Shown here: in pieces, positions 1 to 8,480 of the stretch
Numbering within the stretch: position 1 is the stretch's first letter
Layout of the letters: each line of letters begins with the position of its first letter
DNA from: Nitrospirota bacterium
Lineage (GTDB): Bacteria; Nitrospirota; Nitrospiria; Nitrospirales; NS-4
Reading direction: 5' to 3'
Length of the DNA: 26,685 bases
Assembly (NCBI GenBank): GCA_005877525.1
Contig: VBON01000067.1
Coordinates: 487-27,171 of the forward strand
Notes under the pieces: model-generated
The model's database searches: none
Told to the model about the DNA's origin: nothing
What the model saw: only the letters and a program-made list of their open reading frames with translations
Position numbers and translations under genes: made by a program

Positions 1-9
1 CCGGCGCGC

Positions 10-38
10 ATCTTAGTCCACGTTGCGCTCGGGGTCAA
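10..38 (-). promoter_or_regulatory. sigma70-type promoter firing leftward, out of the window
   Basis: The minus strand reads TTGACC (38-33), 17 nt, TAAGAT (15-10). The target lies outside the window. Confidence 0.55.
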
Positions 39-91
39 GTCGAATTCCGTAATGCTCACGAATCGGGGCAGCCTTGCCAGCGCTGCTTTGC

Positions 92-120
92 TTGAATACA
101 CCTGAGGCAAGTGTTAGCTT
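92..120 (+). promoter_or_regulatory. sigma70-type promoter for smpB
   Basis: TTGAAT (92-97), 17 nt, TAGCTT (115-120), with an extended -10 TG at 112-113. Confidence 0.5.
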
Positions 121-149
121 GATTGGCAGCGCGTTTGACGAGGGCCTGC

Positions 150-626
150 ATGGCAGAGAAGGGCAAAAAGGCCGAGACCGTGGTGGCCACGAATCGCAAG
201 GCCTTTCACGATTACCACATTGAGGAACGGTACGAGGCGGGCATGGCGTTGCAGGGCACCGAAGTCAAAGCCATTCGGGAGGGCCTTGTAAACCTGCGGG
301 ACAGCTTCGCCCGGGTGGACGGGACCGAGGTGATCCTGCACAACTGCCACATCAGCCCTTACAGTCACGGCAATATCATGAATCACGACCCGTTGCGCCC
401 GCGCAAGCTGCTCCTGCATCGCCGGCAGATCAATAAGCTCATGGGCCGGACCCAGCAGAAGGGGCTGACATTGGTGCCCCTGAGGCTTTATTTCACGCCG
501 GCGGGGAAGGCGAAGCTCGAAATCGGATTGGGTAAAGGCAAACATGAGTACGACCGACGCGAGGACATCAAGAATCGGGAGTCGCGGCGCGAGGTACAGC
601 GCGCGATGAAGGCGAGCAAACGGTAA
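150..626 (+). CDS. smpB: SsrA-binding protein SmpB
   Basis: Motifs NRKAFHDY, EAGMALQGTEVKAIR, HISPYSHGN, PLRPRKLLLH and GKGKHEYDRREDIK. It lies directly upstream of tmRNA. ATG at 150 is preferred over the track's TTG at 123. Confidence 0.98.
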   Translation: MAEKGKKAETVVATNRKAFHDYHIEERYEAGMALQGTEVKAIREGLVNLRDSFARVDGTEVILHNCHISPYSHGNIMNHDPLRPRKLLLHRRQINKLMGRTQQKGLTLVPLRLYFTPAGKAKLEIGLGKGKHEYDRREDIKNRESRREVQRAMKASKR

Positions 627-636
627 GGAAATGGCA

Positions 637-645
637 TGGTATAAT
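637..645 (+). promoter_or_regulatory. extended -10 promoter of ssrA
   Basis: TGGTATAAT lies 10 nt before the mature tmRNA 5' end. Confidence 0.7.
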
Positions 646-655
646 AGTAGACAAA

Positions 656-998
656 GGGGGTGACAGGCTTCGACGGGGATCATGAGGCCAAGGTGGCATG
701 CCGAGAACCGGGAACTCGTTAAGTCCGGAAAAAATAATTGCCAACACAGAACTGGCACTCGCTGCTTAATTAGCGGTGACGTCCCTCTTCCGCTGCCTGC
801 GCGGGGGAAGGGACGACGATTGCAGGCTGGCCTGCCGCTGGTGTTCAGCGGCGGCGGGCGAGAAATACTGAGCTAGCGACTGTTCTAAGCCTGCTGCCGG
901 GCGTGGATAGAAGCGAAAACCAAAATCGGCAGATAAGCATGTAGAGGCCTTTCGCTGACGGTCTTCGGACGCGGGTTCAATTCCCGCCACCTCCACCA
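656..998 (+). ncRNA. ssrA: tmRNA (single-piece), tag peptide (A)ANTELALAA
   Basis: The 5' end is GGGGGTGACAGGCTTCGACGGG and the 3' end is GCGGGTTCAATTCCCGCCACCTCCACCA. The acceptor stem GGGGGTG/CACCTCC has a G3:U wobble (Ala identity) and ends in ACCA. The tag ORF GCC..GCT GCT TAA is at 740-769 after ATAATT. Confidence 0.97.
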
Positions 999-1002
999 TT
1001 AC

Positions 1003-1037
1003 AGCCCCTGGGTCTTCGGACTCAGGGGCTTTTTTTG
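1003..1037 (+). terminator. intrinsic terminator of ssrA
   Basis: 12-bp stem AGCCCCTGGGTC/GACTCAGGGGCT with a TTCG loop, followed by a T run. Confidence 0.9.
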
Positions 1038-1579
1038 TTCCTTGTGCCGACGGGTCGGGGACGGGTGATTGCTTCCGCAGGCGCAAGATCGATGATCTTG
1101 GCCGTCAGCTCAGAGTCCCGGATCTGCAGGCGCGCGACCGTAACCGGCAGGTGAAAACGCCTCGGCCCGGCGCTGCCGGGATTGATGAACAGCACGCCTT
1201 CTCGTTCGCGAACTAACGCCCGATGAGAATGACCGGCAATGACCGCAGCGCACGTCTTGGCGTTGAGCGGCTGATCCAGTTCATTCAAGTCGTGTAACAC
1301 ATAGAGGGACAGTCCCCCGGCCTTGACATACCCGGACGCGGGAATCTTCTCCGCCCAATCGCCATGGTTGTTGTTGCCCCGGACGGCAAACACCGGAGCG
1401 ATCTGGCGGAGAGTGTTCAGTACGCTCTCCTTGCCAATGTCCCCCGCGTGAATGATGAGATTGGAGCCATGCAGCGCAACAATGGCCTCCGGTCGCAGTA
1501 GACCATGCGTGTCCGAAATGATACCAACCAGGCATTTAGCTGCTTGAATGGAGGCCTCCCGGTCAGTCTTGGCATGCAC
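1022..1579 (-). CDS. YfcE/MJ0936-like metallophosphoesterase (start uncertain: GTG 1579 or TTG 1597)
   Basis: Calcineurin-like motifs IISDTHG, IHAGD, AVRGNN, AGHSH and FINPGSAG. Confidence 0.9.
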   Translation of the reverse strand: MHAKTDREASIQAAKCLVGIISDTHGLLRPEAIVALHGSNLIIHAGDIGKESVLNTLRQIAPVFAVRGNNNHGDWAEKIPASGYVKAGGLSLYVLHDLNELDQPLNAKTCAAVIAGHSHRALVREREGVLFINPGSAGPRRFHLPVTVARLQIRDSELTAKIIDLAPAEAITRPRPVGTRNKKSP

Positions 1580-1622
1580 TGCGTTTTTCTGTAGCAATGC
1601 AGTCCTGGCTGCACTGCGTTTT
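1564..1622 (+). repeat. tandem REP-like elements: a degenerate copy (1564-1588) and a full copy (1591-1622)
   Basis: The full copy is GTAG-CAATGCAG-TCCTGG-CTGCACTG-CGTTTT. The degenerate copy is CAGTCTTGGCATGCACTGCGTTTTT. Both match the element at 4228-4259. Confidence 0.7.
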
Positions 1623-1633
1623 AATGCTTCGGT

Positions 1634-2539
1634 TTAGTTTACCGTCACGTCCAGCAGCATGCCACGCGTGAAATGCGGCGCGCGCTGAACGAGATCCGGT
1701 AGAAAACAGATCAGACCGTACTGGCCACGGACAAAGTCGATCGTGAAAAACCCCTCCCCTCCAGGTTCCAGCCCCACCATGCCACCCACGGGCTGACCCG
1801 CCGGTAGCGTGGCGACGCCCGGTTGAAAGGCATCCAGAAAAGCGTCGACCGTGGCGCGGGGGGCCAGTTGCACGACCACCACTTCGTGCGCCTGGCTGCC
1901 TGTATTTACGACACGGATCGTTCTCCTTCCGGCTGGGATCGGCGCGGAGAGCCGGAAGCTGAAATCCGCTTCCGTAATCGTGATATCCCCATGCGGCGGA
2001 TCCGATTTCTTCGCAAGCCCCGGCGTGACACGCAGAGCCTTCAACATGCCGAGTGCGACGTGGGGGACCCCACGTCGATCGGGAATACCGCAGATCACGA
2101 CGTACTGCCCTTCATCGAGATGGACGGTGGCCATCCCCTGTTCCCCGGGAATCACGCTATTGGGGCCGCCGCGGCGCTCTATCCCTGCCGGAAGTCGGGT
2201 GTGATTAGCGGTCATCGCTGCCGCGAAGTCTTCCGCGGTCTTGCCGTCCGGCAACTTGATGAATTGAAGCTGATGGAGGTCTTCTCCCTGGTTAATCAGC
2301 TTCACGCTGATCCATCCCGCTGGAATTTGATCAGGGCCAGTGAACGCATAATCGCGCGCAATATAGACGGTATCGCCGTTTGCAACCGAGCTTGCGAGTG
2401 GCAGTGCAGGCGGCTCGGCTGCGACAAAACCAGGTGTCGATTCAGTCCAAAACAGGAGGGCAAGCACGCAAACAATGATGCGAGCGATCAACAGTGGCTC
2501 CTTTCGGTATTCGCCGTGCCAATACCCTGAATGCTTCAT
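1634..2539 (-). CDS. secreted or membrane-anchored protein with two tandem cupredoxin domains
   Basis: N-terminal hydrophobic segment, then an internal duplication. Each half carries H..C..H..M: NQGEDLH / CGIPDRRGVPHVALGM and NTGSQAH / CFLPDLVQRAPHFTRGM. Confidence 0.85.
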   Translation of the reverse strand: MKHSGYWHGEYRKEPLLIARIIVCVLALLFWTESTPGFVAAEPPALPLASSVANGDTVYIARDYAFTGPDQIPAGWISVKLINQGEDLHQLQFIKLPDGKTAEDFAAAMTANHTRLPAGIERRGGPNSVIPGEQGMATVHLDEGQYVVICGIPDRRGVPHVALGMLKALRVTPGLAKKSDPPHGDITITEADFSFRLSAPIPAGRRTIRVVNTGSQAHEVVVVQLAPRATVDAFLDAFQPGVATLPAGQPVGGMVGLEPGGEGFFTIDFVRGQYGLICFLPDLVQRAPHFTRGMLLDVTVN

Positions 2540-2663
2540 TTTACAGTGTCGAATCGTTTAATATTGCAGAAATCTCACAAGAGACGAAACCGATGCGCAG
2601 ACCCTGCCGTAGGATTAATAAGAGTCGGCGGCGTTGGAAGATAGTTAAAAAGGAGAGTTTTCC

Positions 2664-3089
<426 letters not shown>

Positions 3090-3092
3090 AGC

Positions 3093-4118
3093 TTAATCGA
3101 CCTGCTGAATGGCGGACAGCAACCACTTACCGCCCCGGTACCGCATGAAGGTCCAGGCTTCGGACACCTCCGTGGGCGTCTGGTCGTTGCCCTCGACTAC
3201 GTACCCGGCTTCACCGCGCTGTTTCGAGAGCGACACCGTGTAATCCCGCGCCGTCCAGCGGAGCAATGCTGTCGCATAGTCCGTCGCCTCTTCGGTCCAG
3301 GATTCTTTGACCTCGATGCTCAGCACGCGAAGGTCTTCGACATGATTTTCAACCTCTCGACTGACGTTTTCGCTCAAGGCGGTGCTGAAATAATGGAGCA
3401 CTTCCGGGGTAGTCAGTCGTTTCAAGGCATCCAGATCCTGCTTGGACCAGGCGGCCTGCACATCGACCAGAATCTCCTTGAATTTGTCCTGATCGACCGC
3501 GCCCACGGGACCGGCGATTTGTGGCTCACTCATGAATCCACTCTGCGAAACGGGCGCTGTCTGAATACCGGTTTCGCCAACAACGTTGCGCCTGAGACCG
3601 GCATAGGCCGGTGTCGCGCTCGGTCCGCGTCTCACCTTCATGAAGTAGTACAGGGTGGCTCCTCCCAAAAGCATGAGCAACAGGAGCATGAAGATAGAGC
3701 CTAGACCTGTGTCGCTCGCACCGTCGGTTGTTCCAGACTCCGGATTGGCCGCCAGTGAGTTGTTGGCGCCGAACAGCATGTGGCCGATCCAGGATCCTGC
3801 AACCCCTACAGCCAAACCCGTAAGAATCGGATGGCGCTGCCAAAATGGTGGCGAGATGGCGGGCTGGGGCTGCGCGGCGGGAGCTCCCGCCTGACCGGCG
3901 CTGGGAGCGGGCGTGTTGGATCGCTCAATAGGTTTGTAGCCGTTATTGTCGTAGGTGCGCGAGCCCCGGCTCCCGATGCTGCCGGAACTGCTGCCGCCCT
4001 GGGAGATGCCGCCCCCGGATCCTCGTCCGCCTCCGCCTCCTGCACGGGCGAATGAGAGGGTTGGCGTAATGGCCATGGCAAGAACAACCAAGACTGCGAT
4101 AAGCTTTGGAGTTTTCAA
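3093..4118 (-). CDS. Tim44-domain membrane protein
   Basis: Signal peptide, Gly/Ser-rich ARAGGGG..GSRGSRTY segment, two TM segments, and a C-terminal Tim44-like domain (VQAAWSKQD, EAWTFMR, WLLSAIQQ). TTG start with an AAAGGA SD. Confidence 0.9.
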   Translation of the reverse strand: MKTPKLIAVLVVLAMAITPTLSFARAGGGGGRGSGGGISQGGSSSGSIGSRGSRTYDNNGYKPIERSNTPAPSAGQAGAPAAQPQPAISPPFWQRHPILTGLAVGVAGSWIGHMLFGANNSLAANPESGTTDGASDTGLGSIFMLLLLMLLGGATLYYFMKVRRGPSATPAYAGLRRNVVGETGIQTAPVSQSGFMSEPQIAGPVGAVDQDKFKEILVDVQAAWSKQDLDALKRLTTPEVLHYFSTALSENVSREVENHVEDLRVLSIEVKESWTEEATDYATALLRWTARDYTVSLSKQRGEAGYVVEGNDQTPTEVSEAWTFMRYRGGKWLLSAIQQVD

Positions 4119-4227
4119 GTAGTATCCTTTCGTCTAGATCCAATACAGTGGAAGCGTCTAATGTGCGATGCCGTGGTCTATAGTAACAGGAAACGATGAA
4201 TCAAGTCCGATTTATAGTTTTGCCATC

Positions 4228-4259
4228 AAAACGCAGCGCAGCCAAGACTGCGCTGCTAC
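4228..4259 (-). repeat. REP-like palindromic element
   Basis: The minus strand reads GTAG-CAGCGCAG-TCTTGG-CTGCGCTG-CGTTTT, a perfect stem. It is intergenic between the divergent Tim44 and msrA genes. Confidence 0.75.
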
Positions 4260-4313
4260 GGAGCAAATCACGGTAAGGTAAACAAAGAATCAGTCCATCC
4301 GGTAGGAGAGCCT

Positions 4314-4937
4314 ATGAAAACCCAGCTTCTTCTCGCGTTGCTTCTCATCACTGGTCTCCCGGCAACTGTCTCTGCCGCAGGGAACGACGCCAACCCATCG
4401 CCGAGAGCCCCGAGACTTGAAAAGGCGACCTTTGCGGGAGGCTGCTTCTGGTGCATGGAGGAAGCGCTCGATAAGGTCGAGGGCGTGGTGTCAACGACCT
4501 CTGGCTACACCGGCGGACAGAAGGCTAATCCCACCTATGAGGAGGTGTCGGCCGGCGGAACCGGGCACGCCGAGTCGGTCCAGATCCTCTTTGATCCAAC
4601 AAAAATCACCTATGAAAAGCTGCTGAATGTTTTTTGGCATAACATCGACCCGACGACGCCGGACCGGCAATTCTGCGACAAGGGACGGCAGTACCGTTCC
4701 GCCATTTTCTACCACAATGAGAATCAGAAGCGGCTGGCCGAAGCATCCAAGAAGCTCCTGGAGCAGTCCAAGGCGTTCAAGGAGGCGATTGTTACCGAGA
4801 TTGTGCCGGCCTCAGAGTTCTACCCCGCCGAGGAATACCATCAGGATTTCTACCTGAAGAATCCGGTTCGGTATAAGTTTTATAAATACAGTTGCGGGCG
4901 GGCTCAGCGCCTGCAGGAACTCTGGGGCAAAGAGTAA
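4314..4937 (+). CDS. msrA: peptide-methionine (S)-S-oxide reductase with signal peptide (exported)
   Basis: FAGGCFWCMEE, SGYTGG, HAESV, QFCDKGRQYRSAIF and AEEYHQDFY. The N-terminus MKTQLLLALLLITGLPATVSA is a Sec signal. Confidence 0.96.
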   Translation: MKTQLLLALLLITGLPATVSAAGNDANPSPRAPRLEKATFAGGCFWCMEEALDKVEGVVSTTSGYTGGQKANPTYEEVSAGGTGHAESVQILFDPTKITYEKLLNVFWHNIDPTTPDRQFCDKGRQYRSAIFYHNENQKRLAEASKKLLEQSKAFKEAIVTEIVPASEFYPAEEYHQDFYLKNPVRYKFYKYSCGRAQRLQELWGKE

Positions 4938-4962
4938 GCCTGAAGGGGCTGGTCTCACGGTC

Positions 4963-6009
4963 ATGTCGCTTTCGGCTCGAGGGCTACTTTTGCTGGGCCT
5001 CCTGGGAATACAAGCGAGTTGTGGTGGAGAAATGAGCGCCCACAAACCCGGGACGCCGCCTCATTGGACGCAACGTGGGTTTCAGAACACAAATCCTGCC
5101 TTCGCTCCGCCAGCAGGCTGGGACCGTCTGACATTCATCGTGTCTCGAATCTGGGCTAACACATTCCATCCGCGATCGGCCCAGCTGCCGATGGTCGAAA
5201 ATGATGGAAAGTTTCTGAGAGACAACCACACGCAGGCCACGGTGACGTGGATCGGGCATTCTACGCTCCTGATACAGCTGCATGGAGTCAATGTGCTGAC
5301 CGATCCGCACTGGTCGCAGCGAGCGAGTCCCGTATCCTTCGCTGGCCCCAAACGCTTGATGCCGCCCGGTCTCCTGTTTGAGGACCTTCCGCCCATTGAT
5401 GTCGTCTTGATCTCCCACAATCATTACGATCACCTTGACGTTGACACTGTCAAGCGGTTGGCCGCCACGCACCACCCGCTGTTTGTGGTCCCCCTGGGGC
5501 TGAAATCGTGGTTCGCCACGCTGGGAATCACGAACGTCGACGAATTGGATTGGTGGGAAAGCCGCGGCCTTAAAGGGCTTACGTTGACCTGCCTACCGGC
5601 ACAACATTTCTCAGGCCGCACCTTGTGGGACCGGAATCAAAGTCTCTGGAGCGGATGGGCAGTGGCGGGCGAAACAAAGAAACTCTTTTTCGCAGGAGAC
5701 ACGGGATACTATGAGGTGTTTAAAGAAATCGGCAGCCGCATCGGCCCGTTTGATTTGGCTGCCGTCCCCATCGGCGCATATATGCCGCCGACCATCATGA
5801 AAATGACACATATCACTCCGGAACAGGCGCTCCAAGTTTTCGCTGATCTGCGGGCAAAGCGTTTTCTGGGGATTCACTGGGGCACCTTCGATCTCACTGA
5901 AGAGCCGCTGGCTGAGCCGCCCCAAAGGCTGGAGGCCGAAGTCCGCCGTTTGGGGGTTGATCCGGCCAATGTCTGGATCTTGAAGGACGGCGAGACCCGA
6001 GGCTGGTAG
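4963..6009 (+). CDS. MBL-fold metallo-hydrolase (NAPE-PLD/RomA-like)
   Basis: TWIGHST, LTDPHWS, ISHNHYDHLD, PAQHFSGR, FFAGDTGY, PIGAY and IHWGTF. Possible lipoprotein signal. Confidence 0.93.
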   Translation: MSLSARGLLLLGLLGIQASCGGEMSAHKPGTPPHWTQRGFQNTNPAFAPPAGWDRLTFIVSRIWANTFHPRSAQLPMVENDGKFLRDNHTQATVTWIGHSTLLIQLHGVNVLTDPHWSQRASPVSFAGPKRLMPPGLLFEDLPPIDVVLISHNHYDHLDVDTVKRLAATHHPLFVVPLGLKSWFATLGITNVDELDWWESRGLKGLTLTCLPAQHFSGRTLWDRNQSLWSGWAVAGETKKLFFAGDTGYYEVFKEIGSRIGPFDLAAVPIGAYMPPTIMKMTHITPEQALQVFADLRAKRFLGIHWGTFDLTEEPLAEPPQRLEAEVRRLGVDPANVWILKDGETRGW

Positions 6010-6141
6010 GATCGATCCCGCCAACGAAAAAGGCGCGTATTGACGTAAAATTCCCCGCCAGCCAAGAAGCGTACCCCGACTAGCCCAATTTTCATCTCAA
6101 GCAAACGGCCATTTCTTCCGAAAGGTGAGACAGTTATTGTA

Positions 6142-7066
6142 ATGATACCGACATCAAAATTCCGTGAAGTCCTTGAGCAAAAGCTGGAGACGGAGAAAAT
6201 TCCCGTCATCCGGACGACATCCCTACGGTTAATCGAACTCCTCGGCAGCATGCTGACTCCGGTTGAGATGGTCACGGAGACCATCCTGCGCGAGTGCCTT
6301 TTTTTCCCGAGGGAAGGTGATCAGCAATGTCAGCAAGGCTGTTGTCAATATTGGGTATTCGGGGCTCCGCGACATTACCCTCACCGTGGAGTACGCCGAT
6401 CTGGTCCAGCGGCGCTTGCCGAAGCGCGTACAGCTGGGAAGGATTTTGGCCAAGGCCTTCGTCGCAGCGCGGTGGGCGAGCGCGATTGGTCAGGAGGTCC
6501 GGTTGCAGGGCAACGAATCGCTGTTTACCGCCGCGCTGCTGGAAAGTCTCGGTGACTTAGCGGTGGCCGCCTATTTGCCGGAAATCTATCAGAAGATCGA
6601 AAGGACAGCGCAGTCACAGGGCTGGTCATATCAACAGGCGCACACAGAAGTGACGGAAATGTCTCCCCATGACGTGACGGCGATCGTGGGCTGGTCCTAT
6701 AACCTTCCTGAACATCTCGTGCTCCCCCGACCAGGGCAAGAAACAAAATTCAAGTGGCCGGAGAAGGAGCACCATGAACGTATCGGCCATTTTGCAAACG
6801 ATCTCGCTTACAATCTATTGTCCTGGCCCTATCCGGAGATTCTCGGCGACTTTGCTGATCTCTGCTCTCAAACGAAATTGGGGTTAGAGCTCTCCACCGA
6901 GACCCTCGAGATCAGTCTCGCCCTGGAATACCAGAAAGCCCTGAACCTCGGCGGTACGATCAAGCTCGATCGCAGCTGTTTTTCATTTCAAAAGACGAGG
7001 CCGGAGGATTCGGACCGGAATAGTTTTCTGGGCCTCTGCGAGAGCGCGCAGCTGGCAGAAGTATAG
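6142..7066 (+). pseudogene. HDOD-domain protein split by a frameshift near 6290
   Basis: The 5' part (EKIPVIRTTSLRLIELL..ETILR) is in frame 1. The rest (SAFFSRGKVISNVSKAVVNIG..LFTAALLESLGDLAV) is in frame 2. The usual DP..L..(A)NS helix is missing at the junction. Confidence 0.7.
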
Positions 7067-7134
7067 TTTTCAAATCTCACCACTCTGCGGGAACGACACT
7101 GGCTCGCGACTTTGCTTGCGCGTCCCTTGTAATG

Positions 7135-7413
7135 CTACTTCTTTTTGCTTCCGGCGGTTCGGGGAACCGTACGTGAGCGACTTTCGGCAGTCTTGCCGGA
7201 TTTGTCGTTGGGATCATGCTGCGACTTCCGCGGCATTTGCGATTTCTCTACCTTGCGAGACTTTCGACTGGCGAAAGTCTTGGATGCCAGTCCCGCCACT
7301 GCCCCTGCGGTATAAGCGATCGCCTGAAGACCCTTCGTCATTGCGTCTTTTGAATCCCTATTCTTCTCTTCGGGATTTTGTTTCCCTTTCCGAGGCGAAA
7401 CATTCTTTCGCAT
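7135..7413 (-). CDS. small Lys/Arg/Ser-rich hypothetical protein with one short hydrophobic stretch
   Basis: A strong AAGGAGG SD precedes ATG 7413. The ORF fills the intergenic gap. Confidence 0.7.
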   Translation of the reverse strand: MRKNVSPRKGKQNPEEKNRDSKDAMTKGLQAIAYTAGAVAGLASKTFASRKSRKVEKSQMPRKSQHDPNDKSGKTAESRSRTVPRTAGSKKK

Positions 7414-7448
7414 AGGATAATCCTCCTTATCTCCGCGATCTTACAGGT

Positions 7449-7465
7449 AGCTTTTTGCGCGCCAA
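7449..7465 (-). promoter_or_regulatory. candidate sigma54 (-24/-12) promoter
   Basis: The minus strand reads TTGGCGCG-CAAA-AAGCT with GG-N10-GC spacing. The -12 has AAGC instead of TTGC. Confidence 0.4.
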
Positions 7466-7663
7466 GTGCCTTATCAGGCCCGAAACGGCCGCGAAGAGAT
7501 ATTGTACTAAAGAAGGAGAACGGTTATCCCGCGTGCGTTATGTGCAGACCATCTGCCATCGATTTCTTTGGACATCAAGGATTGCATATCAGACTTTTTG
7601 TCGCTTGTCTGGGGAGACAACTGGCTGCTATCTGTTAGGGACACCTTAACGAGGAGGGCAACA

Positions 7664-8020
7664 ATGGTAAGGACAATGTGGAGCGCAGCGTTCGCCACAA
7701 TGATGGTGCTAGGCCTGAGCGGTATCAGCAGCGCCGCCGATCAACCCCAAGGGCAGTCCAGCTCAGAACTGAACTCCCTGGGCTCGCGTTCCGGCTCGCC
7801 ATCCGAAAGCGGGAAGACCGGGATCGGCTCGACCTCGGGAGCCGACGCCAGTATCGATACGGGCCTGAAGGCTACAACGCAGCCATGTCCAGGACAGGGT
7901 TCCGCATCGATGGACTCAACTAAGCGTCCCGAGACCCGTAAGAATGCGGAAGCCAGTTCCCGCACGAACCCCGATCCTTGCGCCACGTCTCCTTCCGGTT
8001 CACAGATGGACCGCCGGTAG
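7664..8020 (+). CDS. secreted low-complexity Ser/Gly/Thr-rich hypothetical protein
   Basis: GAGGAGG SD at 7651-7657 before ATG 7664. The signal peptide ends in ISSA and the mature region has 2 Cys. Confidence 0.8.
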   Translation: MVRTMWSAAFATMMVLGLSGISSAADQPQGQSSSELNSLGSRSGSPSESGKTGIGSTSGADASIDTGLKATTQPCPGQGSASMDSTKRPETRKNAEASSRTNPDPCATSPSGSQMDRR

Positions 8021-8033
8021 AACAGCCTATGCT

Positions 8034-8065
8034 ATAGTCCTGCCGCCGCCAAGCGGCAGGACTAT
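8034..8065. terminator. perfect 13-bp inverted repeat between convergent genes
   Basis: ATAGTCCTGCCGC-cgccaa-GCGGCAGGACTAT. There is no clear U tract on either side. Confidence 0.6.
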
Positions 8066-8469
8066 TCCGCCAGAGTGACCTGATCCACGAAGTAATCGGT
8101 GGCGCCGAAGCAATCGGTGGGGATATGGCGGTACTCGCGATAGTGAAGGATGACTTTCTTGCCCATTAGGCCGGCTACTTTCTTGGCGACCGCATCGTCC
8201 CAAACGCTAAATTCCCAGATGATGGGGGCTGTGCCCGGTACGGTAGTCATGGCAAGTTCGCCTTCGTAGGTCTTACAGATCCAGCCCTTCCGAGAAACCT
8301 TCTGTAAATACCCGGCGCGCTCTCCGTCGGAATAACTCCAGGTCGAACTGATCAGCAAGTAGGCGGCAAACAGGATCAGCGGGGTGATCAGCAGCCCGAT
8401 GAGAAAGCGCTTCACGCTTTGCGCCCAGTCACGACTCGGACGAGGAATCTTGCTGGAGGAGGCATTCAC
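8062..8469 (-). CDS. single-TM conserved hypothetical protein
   Basis: A TM helix followed by YSDGERAGYLQKVSRKGWICKTYEGEL..FGATDYFV. It resembles a family I recall being labelled 6-phosphogluconate dehydrogenase although it lacks a Rossmann motif. Confidence 0.8.
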   Translation of the reverse strand: MNASSSKIPRPSRDWAQSVKRFLIGLLITPLILFAAYLLISSTWSYSDGERAGYLQKVSRKGWICKTYEGELAMTTVPGTAPIIWEFSVWDDAVAKKVAGLMGKKVILHYREYRHIPTDCFGATDYFVDQVTLAE

Positions 8470-8480
8470 CCGTTGGTGTC

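Noticed and set aside
114-758. 214-aa ORF antisense to smpB, and similar long shadow ORFs (1823-2530, 9006-9668, 10299-11060, 13190-13942, 20386-21009, 23041-23688)
   Set aside because: They overlap well-supported genes on the other strand or frame, have no recognisable motifs, and are expected in GC-rich DNA.
970-1040. Genomic island or prophage integrated at the ssrA 3' end
   Set aside because: There is no integrase nearby, I saw no second copy of the tmRNA 3' end in the window, and the native terminator follows directly.
6297-6306. Programmed +1 frameshift or phase variation at the T7 run in the HDOD gene
   Set aside because: The downstream frame already reads correctly (SAFFS) from before the run, and slippage would not restore the missing conserved helix. 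A deletion explains it better.
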